Origin: Myxococcota bacterium | GTDB lineage: Bacteria > Myxococcota_A > UBA9160 > SZUA-336 | Direction of reading: 5' to 3' | Length of the DNA stretch: 64,000 bases | Assembly (NCBI GenBank): GCA_965247115.1 | Contig: CBDFGR010000002.1 | Span: 1,664,001 to 1,728,000, forward strand | In this document: in pieces, positions 10,226-19,178 of the stretch | How positions within the stretch are numbered: position 1 is the first letter of the stretch | Layout: every line of letters begins with the position of its first letter | Program-made: the position numbers and the translations under genes | The notes under the pieces: generated by a model | Seen by the model: only the letters and a program-made list of their open reading frames with translations | Told to the model about the DNA's origin: nothing | The model's database searches: none

Positions 10226-10567
10226 TTACGAGATGGCTGCCGACCCCCGTTCACCGGTCCGGATGCGTAGGGCGTCCCCGACCTCGGTGACGAAGATCTT
10301 CCCGTCGCCAATGCGGCCCGTCTGACAGGCCTTGGTGAGAACGTTCAGCACCGTCTCGAGCCTATCCTCGTGCACAACGAGGTCGAGCTCGAGCTTCGGG
10401 AGCATGTCCACCACGTACTCCGCTCCGCGGTAGACCTCCGTCTGTCCCTTCTGTCTGCCGTAGCCCCTTACCTGGGTCACCGTGATGCCCTCGATCCCGA
10501 TCTCCGCAAGCGCCGCCTTCGCGTCGTCGAGCTTGAACGGCTTGATGATGGCTTCGATGCGCCGCAC
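10226..10567 (-). CDS. glnB: P-II nitrogen regulatory protein
   Basis: GTG start; IEAIIKPFKLD, T-loop GYGRQKGQTEVYRGAEY, TGRIGDGKIFV. glnB vs glnK cannot be fixed from sequence, but no amtB is adjacent. Confidence 0.93.
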   Translation of the reverse strand: MRRIEAIIKPFKLDDAKAALAEIGIEGITVTQVRGYGRQKGQTEVYRGAEYVVDMLPKLELDLVVHEDRLETVLNVLTKACQTGRIGDGKIFVTEVGDALRIRTGERGSAAIS

Positions 10568-10770
10568 GCTCAGACGCAGAGCAAGCTCCGTACCAGCGCA
10601 AGGAGCGCTCGAGCGGCGGTAGGGCGCGCCTCGGCTGGCGGTCTGCTTGTAGCGCAAGCGGCCCTGCCCAGATCTTCGGCAGGGCGGCCCGAGGCGCACC
10701 CGCAGGCCAAGCCCGGAGTAAGATGAGAGGCGCTCAGAGTCCTGCTCCCGCTTCGCAAGGGCTGAAGCTG

Positions 10771-12282
10771 TTGGAAGAAAAGCTGATTCAAGACGTTCTC
10801 GAGGCGCGCGCACAGGCGCTGGATGACGCGCGCCCCGAAGCCGTTGCGAGGGCGCATGCGGACGGGCAGCTGACCGCGAGGGAGAGGCTCGGCTTGCTTC
10901 TGGACTCCGGGAGCTTCGTCGAGTACGGCGTGCTCGCGGGAGCCACATCGCACCCGTCCGACGACTCACCCGCCGACGGACTCGTGGCCGGGGCGGGGCG
11001 GATTGCGGGCCAGCCGGTCGTGGCGGCGTCTTACGATCGGACCGTGCGTGGCGGGACGCAGAGCGACCGCAACCAACGCAAGCTCGCGCGCCTGATCTTC
11101 CTGGCCAACACCCACCGCTGGCCCTTAGTCTGCTTCGTCGACGGCGACGGCGCCCGTCCCGACGATCCACAGCCGGGGCCGCCGATCATCGTGGCGATGC
11201 GCGGTCGCTGGGACCTGTATGACGGGCTTGCCGAGCTGTCTGGCTGGGCGCCCACCGTCGCGGTCGTCTCGGGACGTGCTCTCGACGGGAACGCGGGCAT
11301 TGCCATGCTCTCGGACTACGTGGTGGCCACGCGGGGCTCGAGCCTCGGCTCATGGGAGGCCTCGGGCTCGGCGCGGCCGGTTCTGCGCCCCGTCGAGGAC
11401 TACGCCCGCAGTGGGAACCTCGATCTCGTCGTCGACGATGAGCACGCGGCGATCGCTGCGGTCCGCAGCTACTTGTCGTACTACCTGGAGGAGCTCCCGT
11501 CTGGCGAGCCGTCGCTGACGCACGACTCCATCGGCACGATCATCCCCGAGAATCGCCGGCGACCGTACGACATGCGCCGGATCATCACGGCTTTTGCGGA
11601 TGCTGGCAGCGTGTTCGAGCTGCGCCCGGATTGGGGCCGGTCCATGCTGACGGTGCTGGCGCGGCTGGGAGGGCGATCGGTCGGGATCTTCGCGAACCAG
11701 ACCAACTCGCCCCGTGCGGGCGCGATCGATGCAGATGCAGCGGACAAGTCAGCTAGATTCATCGAGCTGTGCGACGCGTACGAGTTTCCGCTGATCTCGT
11801 TCGTCGACAATCCCGGCTACATGGTGGGCCCACAGGCCGAGGCGGAGGGCATCGCCCGTCACCACGCTCGGCCGCTCGCAGCACTGCACCACCGCACGGT
11901 GCCGCTCTACTCGGTGCAGCTGCGCAAGGCGTACGGCCTGGGCCCGTACGCGATGTCCGGGTTCGGAACCAGTCGGCTCGCGCCTGACCTGCGCCTCGCC
12001 TGGCCGTCAGTAGAGTCTGGCGGGATGTCACTCGAGGGTGCGGCCTACCTCGTGCGGCGGAAGGAGATCCTCGCGGCAGAGTCGCCGGGGGAGGCACTCG
12101 CGATCCGCAACGAGTACGCCGAGGGCATGCGGGACCTGGCCTCGGGTCTGCGCGCCGGGCGGACGTTCGCCTTCGACGACATCATCGAGCCCTCGGAGAC
12201 CCGCGGCCGGATCCTGGCCATGCTGGAGCGCGTGCCTCGCTCGTTCGGCCCGAAGAAGAAGCATCCCATCGATCCGCGCTAG
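10771..12282 (+). CDS. Acyl-CoA carboxylase/decarboxylase carboxyltransferase subunit, paralog 1
   Basis: TARERLGLLLDSGSFVEYG, RRPYDMRRII, DNPGYMVGP, RKAYGLG. TTG start chosen by alignment with paralog 2. Confidence 0.88.
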   Translation: MEEKLIQDVLEARAQALDDARPEAVARAHADGQLTARERLGLLLDSGSFVEYGVLAGATSHPSDDSPADGLVAGAGRIAGQPVVAASYDRTVRGGTQSDRNQRKLARLIFLANTHRWPLVCFVDGDGARPDDPQPGPPIIVAMRGRWDLYDGLAELSGWAPTVAVVSGRALDGNAGIAMLSDYVVATRGSSLGSWEASGSARPVLRPVEDYARSGNLDLVVDDEHAAIAAVRSYLSYYLEELPSGEPSLTHDSIGTIIPENRRRPYDMRRIITAFADAGSVFELRPDWGRSMLTVLARLGGRSVGIFANQTNSPRAGAIDADAADKSARFIELCDAYEFPLISFVDNPGYMVGPQAEAEGIARHHARPLAALHHRTVPLYSVQLRKAYGLGPYAMSGFGTSRLAPDLRLAWPSVESGGMSLEGAAYLVRRKEILAAESPGEALAIRNEYAEGMRDLASGLRAGRTFAFDDIIEPSETRGRILAMLERVPRSFGPKKKHPIDPR

Positions 12283-12303
12283 GCGGGAAGCAGGGAACAC
12301 GAC

Positions 12304-13737
12304 GTGGACCAGAAGAGCATCGACGCCCTGCTGGAGGCCCGGGGGGAACGTTCCGATTCCGCACGTTCGGATGCGGTGGCCGCGATGCGTGCCAGTGGGC
12401 GCATGACGGCACGGGAACGCATGCACGCGCTCCTCGATCCTGGATCCGAGGTGGAGTACGGAGCGATCGCGGCGCAGACCCGCGAGGGCGCGTGGGTGCC
12501 AGAGGCGGGCGGCGTCGACTTCGTTGGTACCATCGACGGCCAGGTCGTGGTCGCGTCGTCCACGGACTACACCGATCACGGCGGGGGCTACGGTGCGGGA
12601 AAGCTGACGCGGCTCTTCGCCCTCGCCCATGATCAGCGCTGGCCGCTGGTCTTCTTCGTCGACGGTGGTGGGAGCCGGGCAAGGCACCCGCGCAGCGGGA
12701 TGAAGCACATCGAGGTGAGCGGACCGATCGGCCGGTTCGGCCTGTTTGACGGCATGGCGGAGCTCTCCGGCTGGATTCCGACAGTCGCCATCGTGTCGGG
12801 GCCCTCGTTTGCCGGTCACGCGAGCCTCGCGGCCTTCTCGGACTTCCTGATCGCCACGCGCGGCTCGTCGATCGGGATGGGCGGGCCGCCGATGGTAGAA
12901 GCCGCGCTGGGCGTGCGACTCACCCCTTCCGAGCTCGCGGGCGTCGACATGCACGACAGGTCTGGCGGGATCGATCTGCTGGTCGACGACGAGCCCGCCG
13001 CCATTGCGGCGGCGCGCCGCTACCTCGGCTTCTATCGGGATCAGCCATCGGGCGAGCCTTCCACCGCTGCCGGCGAGGTTCGTTCGACTGTGCCCGACGA
13101 GGGTGCCTACGACATGCGCGATGTGATCGAGGCGCTCGTGGATGCGGACAGCGCGTTCGAGCTGCGGCCGAGCTTCGGGCAGAGTCTGATCACCGTTTTG
13201 GCTCGCATGGACGGGCGCTCGGTCGGCGTCCTCGCGAATCAACCCAGCATCGACGACGGCGCGATCGACGAGAGCGCGGCGATCAAGATCGCCCGCTTCG
13301 TCGAGCTCTGTGACGCCTACGAGTATCCGATCCTGTCCCTCATCGACACACCGGGCTTCGTCACGCGCTGGAGCTCTGGCGAGGGAGGGAACGACGTTGC
13401 GGTTGAACCCGGCATGACCCGCTACCACGCGCGCACGCTGATGGCCCACCACCACCGCACAGTCCCCCTCTTCAGCGTGCAGATCCGTCGTGGCTTCGGT
13501 CTGGGGCCGTTCGCGATGTCAGGCTACGGCGACTCGCACGGTGTCTCGGCCATGCGCCTGGCATGGCCCACGGTCGAGGTCGGACGGGTGGACGGCTTCT
13601 CGGCTTCGCAGAGCCAGAATCCGTTCGACGACGTGGTCGATCCCGCAGAGACCCGTGAGCGGATCATCCGGGTCCTCCGTCACATCAAGCGCACGCTCGA
13701 TCAGCCGCAGAAGAAGCAGCCGATCGATACCTGGTAG
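12304..13737 (+). CDS. Carboxyltransferase subunit, paralog 2
   Basis: TARERMHALLDPGS, MGGPPMVE, DTPGF, FDDVVDPAETR. Confidence 0.88.
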   Translation: MDQKSIDALLEARGERSDSARSDAVAAMRASGRMTARERMHALLDPGSEVEYGAIAAQTREGAWVPEAGGVDFVGTIDGQVVVASSTDYTDHGGGYGAGKLTRLFALAHDQRWPLVFFVDGGGSRARHPRSGMKHIEVSGPIGRFGLFDGMAELSGWIPTVAIVSGPSFAGHASLAAFSDFLIATRGSSIGMGGPPMVEAALGVRLTPSELAGVDMHDRSGGIDLLVDDEPAAIAAARRYLGFYRDQPSGEPSTAAGEVRSTVPDEGAYDMRDVIEALVDADSAFELRPSFGQSLITVLARMDGRSVGVLANQPSIDDGAIDESAAIKIARFVELCDAYEYPILSLIDTPGFVTRWSSGEGGNDVAVEPGMTRYHARTLMAHHHRTVPLFSVQIRRGFGLGPFAMSGYGDSHGVSAMRLAWPTVEVGRVDGFSASQSQNPFDDVVDPAETRERIIRVLRHIKRTLDQPQKKQPIDTW

Positions 13738-13752
13738 GTGCGAGCAACAGTC

Positions 13753-14367
13753 TCAGAACACCTGGATTCCGAAGCTCGGGTTGTCGCACGGGCCGACCTG
13801 GTGACGCATCGGCACGGGGGCCCCGGCGCTCTGACTAAGCTCGGGGTTCAGTACCTGGTTGCAGCCCTGGGTCGCGGCGATCGCAAAGTTGTTCCCAGGG
13901 TCGGGCTCCTGGAAGCCCCAGAGGTTGATGCTCCCGTCCCCGTCGATGTCCGATTCGCCTACGGCGAAGAACTGGTTGGCCGGTGCATTCGTCGTCACGA
14001 TGTAGTTGTAGTAGACGTCGCCTTCGGGGAACCAGCCGATAAAGCAGTAGCCTGGATCTCCGAACTGGGGAGGCGTGTTGGGACACAAGGTCATCGGCCT
14101 CTTCAGCGCGCTTGGGGGAGCCGCCGGGGTCAACGCCCAGGGCTGGAAGAACCCGGTCTCCGAGAAGTAGGCCTTCTGCGCGGTCCGGATCGCCGAGAGG
14201 TTGAGCCTGCCTTCGCTAGCTCTCGTGCGGAGTTGAAACTTCATCATGTTGGGGATCGCGATCGACGAGAGAATACCGATGATCGCAACGACGATCATCA
14301 GCTCGACGAGCGTGAACCCCTGCCTCTGTCTGAGGTTGGTAACCACGGAAATCATGTTGTCTCCCAT
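13753..14367 (-). CDS. pilA: Type IVa pilin
   Basis: Class III signal QG|FTLVELMIVVAIIGILSSIAIP; Cys pairs; DIDGDG motif. Confidence 0.88.
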   Translation of the reverse strand: MGDNMISVVTNLRQRQGFTLVELMIVVAIIGILSSIAIPNMMKFQLRTRASEGRLNLSAIRTAQKAYFSETGFFQPWALTPAAPPSALKRPMTLCPNTPPQFGDPGYCFIGWFPEGDVYYNYIVTTNAPANQFFAVGESDIDGDGSINLWGFQEPDPGNNFAIAATQGCNQVLNPELSQSAGAPVPMRHQVGPCDNPSFGIQVF

Positions 14368-14430
14368 GCCACATCTGGAAGATCCGCACCCGCAGTGACC
14401 CTCACCCGGCGCCGGACGCAGCGCCTATAG

Positions 14431-14446
14431 AGCAAGACCTATGCCG
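14431..14446 (-). promoter_or_regulatory. Sigma54 -24/-12 promoter of the pilin gene
   Basis: Minus strand CGGCATAGGTCTTGCT, with exact GG-N10-GC spacing and TTGC at -12. Confidence 0.8.
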
Positions 14447-14576
14447 CCCAGCTCGCGTCTCCCTCGTACCTGCAACTACACTTGCCTCAGGCCTGACGTC
14501 CTTGTGTTCGGCGCCAATGAGCGCCTGCGGCACAACGTGGGCCAAGGCGACGAAACGCGGAGCTTTGGACGGCAAC

Positions 14577-14621
14577 GGTGACGCATCTGGTCACCCAAGT
14601 CGGCCCTAACGCACCGTGTCA
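14577..14621. promoter_or_regulatory. Paired dyad sites, candidate enhancer for a PilR-like activator
   Basis: GGTGACgcatctgGTCACC (14577-14595) and TAACgcaccgtGTCA (14607-14621), about 130-175 bp upstream of the sigma54 site. Confidence 0.5.
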
Positions 14622-14658
14622 TCCCGCTTCCTGCGGCGAGGAGAAGGCGGAGCTCTGA

Positions 14659-15528
14659 CTAGGTCGCAGCTTCCCTGCGCGCCTTGCGAATCTCTGCCAG
14701 GTTCGCGGCAACGCTGGGGCTGATCTCAGCAGGCTGCCACGCGCGGTAGGCGATCTTGGTATCGATGGGCCACTCGAGGTCGAGGTCGCGACGGGTCTCG
14801 GGCTCTCGCGCCTCGGCCAGCAGCCGCAGCGCGGCCTCGGTCACCTCGCGCTGCATGCCGAGGTCGTCGACCATGCCGAACGCCTGCCCGAACGGGAACT
14901 CGACGGCAAGAAAGCGTGAGACGCGCGCCTTCGTCGCCAGGTCCGGCATCATCGTCACGGTGACCGTAGGAATTCCGGCCGCCTCGATCGTACGCGCCAG
15001 CACGGGCACGTTCCGGCAGCAATCGGGTCAGGCGGGCGCGAGCAGGAGCGCGTCGACCGCGGCATCCTTGAGCCGGGTCGCGATCTCGGGACCGGTCTTC
15101 GACTGCCAGACCGCGCAACCGGCCTCCTGATAGCCCATGACGGAGTAGTTCTCGGTCGCCAGGCGGCCGATTGTGCCGTCGGCCTCGAGGGCCGCCAGGG
15201 CTCGCAGCGGCAGGGCCACGCCGACGTCCCGCTTCACGTGGTCGGTGTTGATGTGCAAGTGGGCTGCGTCGATTCGGTCCTGCGTCACGTCGCGGGGGAT
15301 CGCACGCCACGTCGGGTCTCCCCAGCTCGGCTCCCGCTTCTCTCGTTCGACGTCGAACGAAGGCTGTGTGTCGGGGAGAAAGATCCCCGCCGAGGAGAGC
15401 GCCGCGATCGTGGCCTCCGCGAGCGGCTTCTCGAAAGGCGCCCAGACGGTTCCGTCGACATCGATCTTGATGGCCTCGAACATGGGTCGAAAGCTCCTGG
15501 GCAGGAACTTGAAGCTGTCTACAGGCAT
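14659..15528 (-). CDS. Selenoprotein B of the glycine/betaine/sarcosine/D-proline reductase family (PrdB/GrdB-like), Sec at 15030-15028
   Basis: The two ORFs are in frame across TGA: DALLLAPA-U-PDCCRNVPVLARTIEAAGIPTV (UxxC). Family motifs LSSAG, WGDPTWRAIP and PFGQAFG. Confidence 0.88.
14985..15025 (-). promoter_or_regulatory. SECIS-like hairpin
   Basis: TGCCGG-A-ACG[TGCC]CGT-G-CTGGCG; the G-containing apical loop begins 19 nt after the UGA. Confidence 0.65.
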
Positions 15529-15614
15529 GCGTTCCTCGGGTAATCGGTAGAGCTTGCTCCAATGATTGTACAGGCTCTAGATGTCCGATAGGGTCGGCGA
15601 GATCGAGTCGACAG

Positions 15615-16589
15615 GTGAAGAGCGTGATCCTCGACGACATGCTGAGTGAGCAGGAGATCATCGTTCTCGACGGTGCGGTAGCGAGCGAGATCGCGCGAAT
15701 GGGCGGAGTGATGGACGAAGTGGCCTGGTCTGCGGTGGCCAACAAGACCCACCCCGACATCGTTCGCCGCGTTCACGAGGAGTACGTTCGCGCCGGAGCG
15801 AACGTGGTCACGGCGAATAGCTTCTGGACTTGCAGACACGTACTGGAGGGCGCGGGTCTCGGTGCTGAGACCCGCGCCATCAATACGCGCGCGGTTCAGC
15901 TGGTCCGCGAGGCGGTGGAGAACGTGGGGGCCGATCGACCGGTCGCCATCGCGGGCTCCATGTCGAACAACCTCGCCTGGATCGCGGGGACGGTCAGCCC
16001 GGATCCCCGGTATGTCCCGACGCCGGCGCAGGAGGCGGCGAACTATCGCGAGCTGGCCGATAGCCTGGCAGAGGCGGGTGCCGACCTCCTCATCATGGAG
16101 ATGATGTCAGACATCGAGCAAGCGACGAGAGCTGTGCAGGCGGCTGTCGCCACAGGCCTACCGGTTTGGGTCGGCATCAGCTGCACCCTCCGAGAAGACG
16201 GCTCGGTGACCGCCTGGGACATGCAGGTAGAGGAGCCACCTGGGCGGCTCGCCGCGGACCACCGGGAGGCGCAGGAACCGGTCGCCCTCGAGCCGATCAT
16301 CGATGCTCTGATAGCACTGGGTCCCCAGGTGGTCGGCATCATGCACAGCACGGTGCGCGCAACGAGTCCGGGGCTCGACACGCTGTTCCAACGGTGGGAC
16401 GGCCCGGTGATGGCATATCCGGAAGCCGCCGATACGCACGAAGTCGAGCCCGCGGTATTCGCCGCCCACTGCCGGAGCTGGGTCGAACGCGGCGTGCAGA
16501 TCATCGGCGGTTGCTGCGGGACGACCATCCAGCACATCCGCTCCATGGTCAGCGAGCTACCGACCGCCGTCGGCCCCCGCCCCGGATAG
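15615..16589 (+). CDS. Homocysteine S-methyltransferase family protein
   Basis: LDGAVASE, VHEEYVRAGA and IIGGCCGT motifs. Confidence 0.88.
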   Translation: MKSVILDDMLSEQEIIVLDGAVASEIARMGGVMDEVAWSAVANKTHPDIVRRVHEEYVRAGANVVTANSFWTCRHVLEGAGLGAETRAINTRAVQLVREAVENVGADRPVAIAGSMSNNLAWIAGTVSPDPRYVPTPAQEAANYRELADSLAEAGADLLIMEMMSDIEQATRAVQAAVATGLPVWVGISCTLREDGSVTAWDMQVEEPPGRLAADHREAQEPVALEPIIDALIALGPQVVGIMHSTVRATSPGLDTLFQRWDGPVMAYPEAADTHEVEPAVFAAHCRSWVERGVQIIGGCCGTTIQHIRSMVSELPTAVGPRPG

Positions 16590-16612
16590 CAGTCACCGCC
16601 TGTCCTCTCCCG

Positions 16613-18037
16613 TCAGGCGCTCGCTCTCTCGCGGCGTGTGGCCAAGCTGTCCAGGTTGCTGCGGTGGCCCTGCCGGTCGATGCGATAGTGCGAAACGACG
16701 TAGAGCCCGGCCAGGAAGAGCGAGCAGTACAGTGGTAGGAAGAAGAGCGCGAGTTCCACGCGGATTTCCCTGGTGACCAGCTCCACGCTCGTAATGCCGT
16801 CGAGCCCAACCGCGGAGACGATCGTACCCGCGCCGACGATGCCACCAGCCGAAATTGCTTTGAACGCAAAGCCGCGCGCGGCGTAGAACAAGCCCTCGGA
16901 TCGCCGCATGGTCTCGACTTCACTCTCTTCGACGACGTCGGCCATCATGGAGTCCAAGAGCACGCCGCCGATGATTGTGCACACCACTTCGGTGACGATG
17001 ACAACCGTATAGATGTAGAGGCCGAGCCAGCTGCCGAGCTCGGGCCACCAGCCGATCAGCAGCAAGACATACGGGATCGGGTAGAGGGAGATGTTGACGA
17101 GAATCGCGCCGATCGCCGCATTCCGCTTGCCGAAGCGACGGCCGAAAGCCGGCGCCGCCCAATACGCGACGGCGGGCGAGATCAGGACACCCACGCCGGT
17201 AGCAGCAATCTGCGGGCCGCTGAACCCGAAGAAATAGGTCGTGTTGTACAGGTACAGCGCCGCGCCCAGACCACCGGCAACGCCGACGAGCAGGCCGTAG
17301 AAGAACAGCGCGGCGAAGTTCCTGTTCTTCACCGACTGAAAGATCTGGCGAAACTCGCGACCGATCTCCCTGATCTTGAAGGTGTCGTCTGGCCGCGGCA
17401 GCGCTGCCGCGACGCGCTGCGTGCCCAATGACGAGACCAGGATGGAGAGGAAGATGAGTGCGGCGCCGACGACGGCGTAGATGGAGTAACCCGTCTGCAC
17501 GGCCACGCCATAGGCCCCCACGAAGAATGTGAAGTTGATGATGTGGATGCCGTTCCCGCCGTACCAGCCAAATGCGTGGCGCAGAGCCAACCATTTGTTG
17601 CGAGCGTCGTAGTCGAACTCCAGATCCGGGAGCAACGCAGTCGAGGGCACCTCAAAGAGCGTGGTACCCGTTCTGATCAGAATGGCGACGACCAAGACGT
17701 AGGCAAATACGTTGCCCTCATCGAGCTCGATGACCGGGTCGAACAGCGCGTAGAAGAACAAGGGAAGGGTGAAGAGCGCCGCATACATGAACGGGTGCCG
17801 CCGGCCGAGTCGCGAGCTCGTCTTATCCGACCAGTGACCCAAAAAGAGATCGGACACCGCATCCCACAACATCGCGATGGCAAGCGCCCAGGCTGCAAGG
17901 TAGCCCGGCAGACCGAGGACCTGATTGGCATAGATGAGGAGCAGATAGCTAAACGCGTTGTTCTTGATCCCGTAGGCCATTGCGGCCGAGCCGTAGAACC
18001 AGAAGGTCGGCCTCTTTTCCAGTCGTTCAGCAGTCAC
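16613..18037 (-). CDS. MFS transporter, GPH (sugar:cation symporter) type
   Basis: WDAVSDLFLGHWSDKTSSRLGRRHPF and SMMADVVE...RSEGLF. Confidence 0.88.
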   Translation of the reverse strand: MTAERLEKRPTFWFYGSAAMAYGIKNNAFSYLLLIYANQVLGLPGYLAAWALAIAMLWDAVSDLFLGHWSDKTSSRLGRRHPFMYAALFTLPLFFYALFDPVIELDEGNVFAYVLVVAILIRTGTTLFEVPSTALLPDLEFDYDARNKWLALRHAFGWYGGNGIHIINFTFFVGAYGVAVQTGYSIYAVVGAALIFLSILVSSLGTQRVAAALPRPDDTFKIREIGREFRQIFQSVKNRNFAALFFYGLLVGVAGGLGAALYLYNTTYFFGFSGPQIAATGVGVLISPAVAYWAAPAFGRRFGKRNAAIGAILVNISLYPIPYVLLLIGWWPELGSWLGLYIYTVVIVTEVVCTIIGGVLLDSMMADVVEESEVETMRRSEGLFYAARGFAFKAISAGGIVGAGTIVSAVGLDGITSVELVTREIRVELALFFLPLYCSLFLAGLYVVSHYRIDRQGHRSNLDSLATRRERASA

Positions 18038-18106
18038 GCTGTCTCTCCGGAATCAACGCTCCGACCTCTCAGGATACCGGAAGAGCTCCCACTTCCTGGA
18101 CGCTCG

Positions 18107-18580
18107 TTATCTCAGTGTCGCTCCCAAGATGGCAGCGAGACGCACCAGGTCGCCTCCCACGCGGCTCCGGAACAAGGGGCGCGCGGCCCGACCGAGAAGC
18201 GAAGAGCCCTCGAAGTGGGCGAAGCGTGTGGCCTGCTCGCCCTCTGGAGTCGCGGCCATGCCGATGTCTGCAATGCGCGAGCGCATGACGCACCAGCCTG
18301 GCTGAAGGATGGCCTGCATGGACATTCGGGTACCCAGCGGTCCGTGCACGACCAGCTCGATCCGCTCCCCGCCCCGATCCAGGATCTGCACCTGCTCCAC
18401 GCCGCGCTCGAAGCGCGGTACCCCGTGCTCCAGGTCGCCGGCGATGCCCCAAACCTCTGCGAAGGGAGCCTCGATCACGCCCTCTCGAAGGCTCACGTGA
18501 GGAAGGGCGGCAGCCAGCGCCCGCAGACGGGCCACGGGATCCAGCTCGGCGAGGGGCCATGCAACAGTCACGACGTCCAC
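18107..18580 (-). CDS. SRPBCC/START-like protein
   Basis: IEAPFAEVWGIAGDLE motif; overlaps the sigma gene stop. Confidence 0.65.
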   Translation of the reverse strand: MDVVTVAWPLAELDPVARLRALAAALPHVSLREGVIEAPFAEVWGIAGDLEHGVPRFERGVEQVQILDRGGERIELVVHGPLGTRMSMQAILQPGWCVMRSRIADIGMAATPEGEQATRFAHFEGSSLLGRAARPLFRSRVGGDLVRLAAILGATLR

Positions 18581-19069
18581 CTCTCGACAAATGCGGCGCG
18601 CGCCCGATGCAGGCGCGACTTCACGGTTCCCTTCTTGACCTCGAGCATCCGCGCGGCCTCGTCCTCGCTGAGACCCTCGAGATCTCGGAGCATCAGGATC
18701 GCCCGCTGCTCGGGCCCCAGCGAGCGCAGCACGCTGCGCACGTCGGAGGCGAGCGCGGGGTCATCGGGCGCTGGGAGCTCCCGCGGCGACCCCTCCACGA
18801 GAGGATCCCGGCGCGCCGCGCGAGCGTGTCGCACGGCCTCGCGCGTTGCGATTCGACGCACCCAAGAGCGCAGGGCCGCCGGCTCCCGGAGCTGACGCAG
18901 GTCGCGAAAGATCAGCATCAAGGCCTCCTGGGCTGCATCCGGCCCGTGGTCGAGGGCGATCGGGCCGCAGATCCGGGCCACGTACGGAGCGAGGCGATCC
19001 ACCAGTTCGGCGAGGGCGAGCGAGTCTCCAGCTTGAGCGGCGCACCAGCTCGGCGTCCCACACGTCCAC
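18568..19069 (-). pseudogene. ECF sigma-70 factor with an apparent frameshift near 19040
   Basis: Regions 2 and 4 are intact (DAAQEA, SWVRRIA, GTVKSRLHRAR). The typical N-terminus VDVWDAELVR is in a different frame from AQAGDSLAL. Confidence 0.65.
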
Positions 19070-19073
19070 ATCG

Positions 19074-19146
19074 TCATGGGGCGCCGAGTTCGCGAAAGGT
19101 TCCCGCGCCTCGTGCTCGGGAACCTTTTCCGAGTTCGTGCCCCCCT
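19074..19146. promoter_or_regulatory. Back-to-back ECF-type promoters
   Basis: Minus GGGAACCTTT-cgcgaactcggcg-CCCCAT and plus GGGAACCTTT-tccgagttcgtgc-CCCCCT, with the same spacing. Confidence 0.65.
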
Positions 19147-19178
19147 TTCCGGTCAGACAAGCTCGGGAGGAACCGCTC

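Noticed and set aside
10570..10720. Sigma54 promoter for glnB
   Set aside because: GG/GC spacings seen are 9 or 11 nt, not the required 10.
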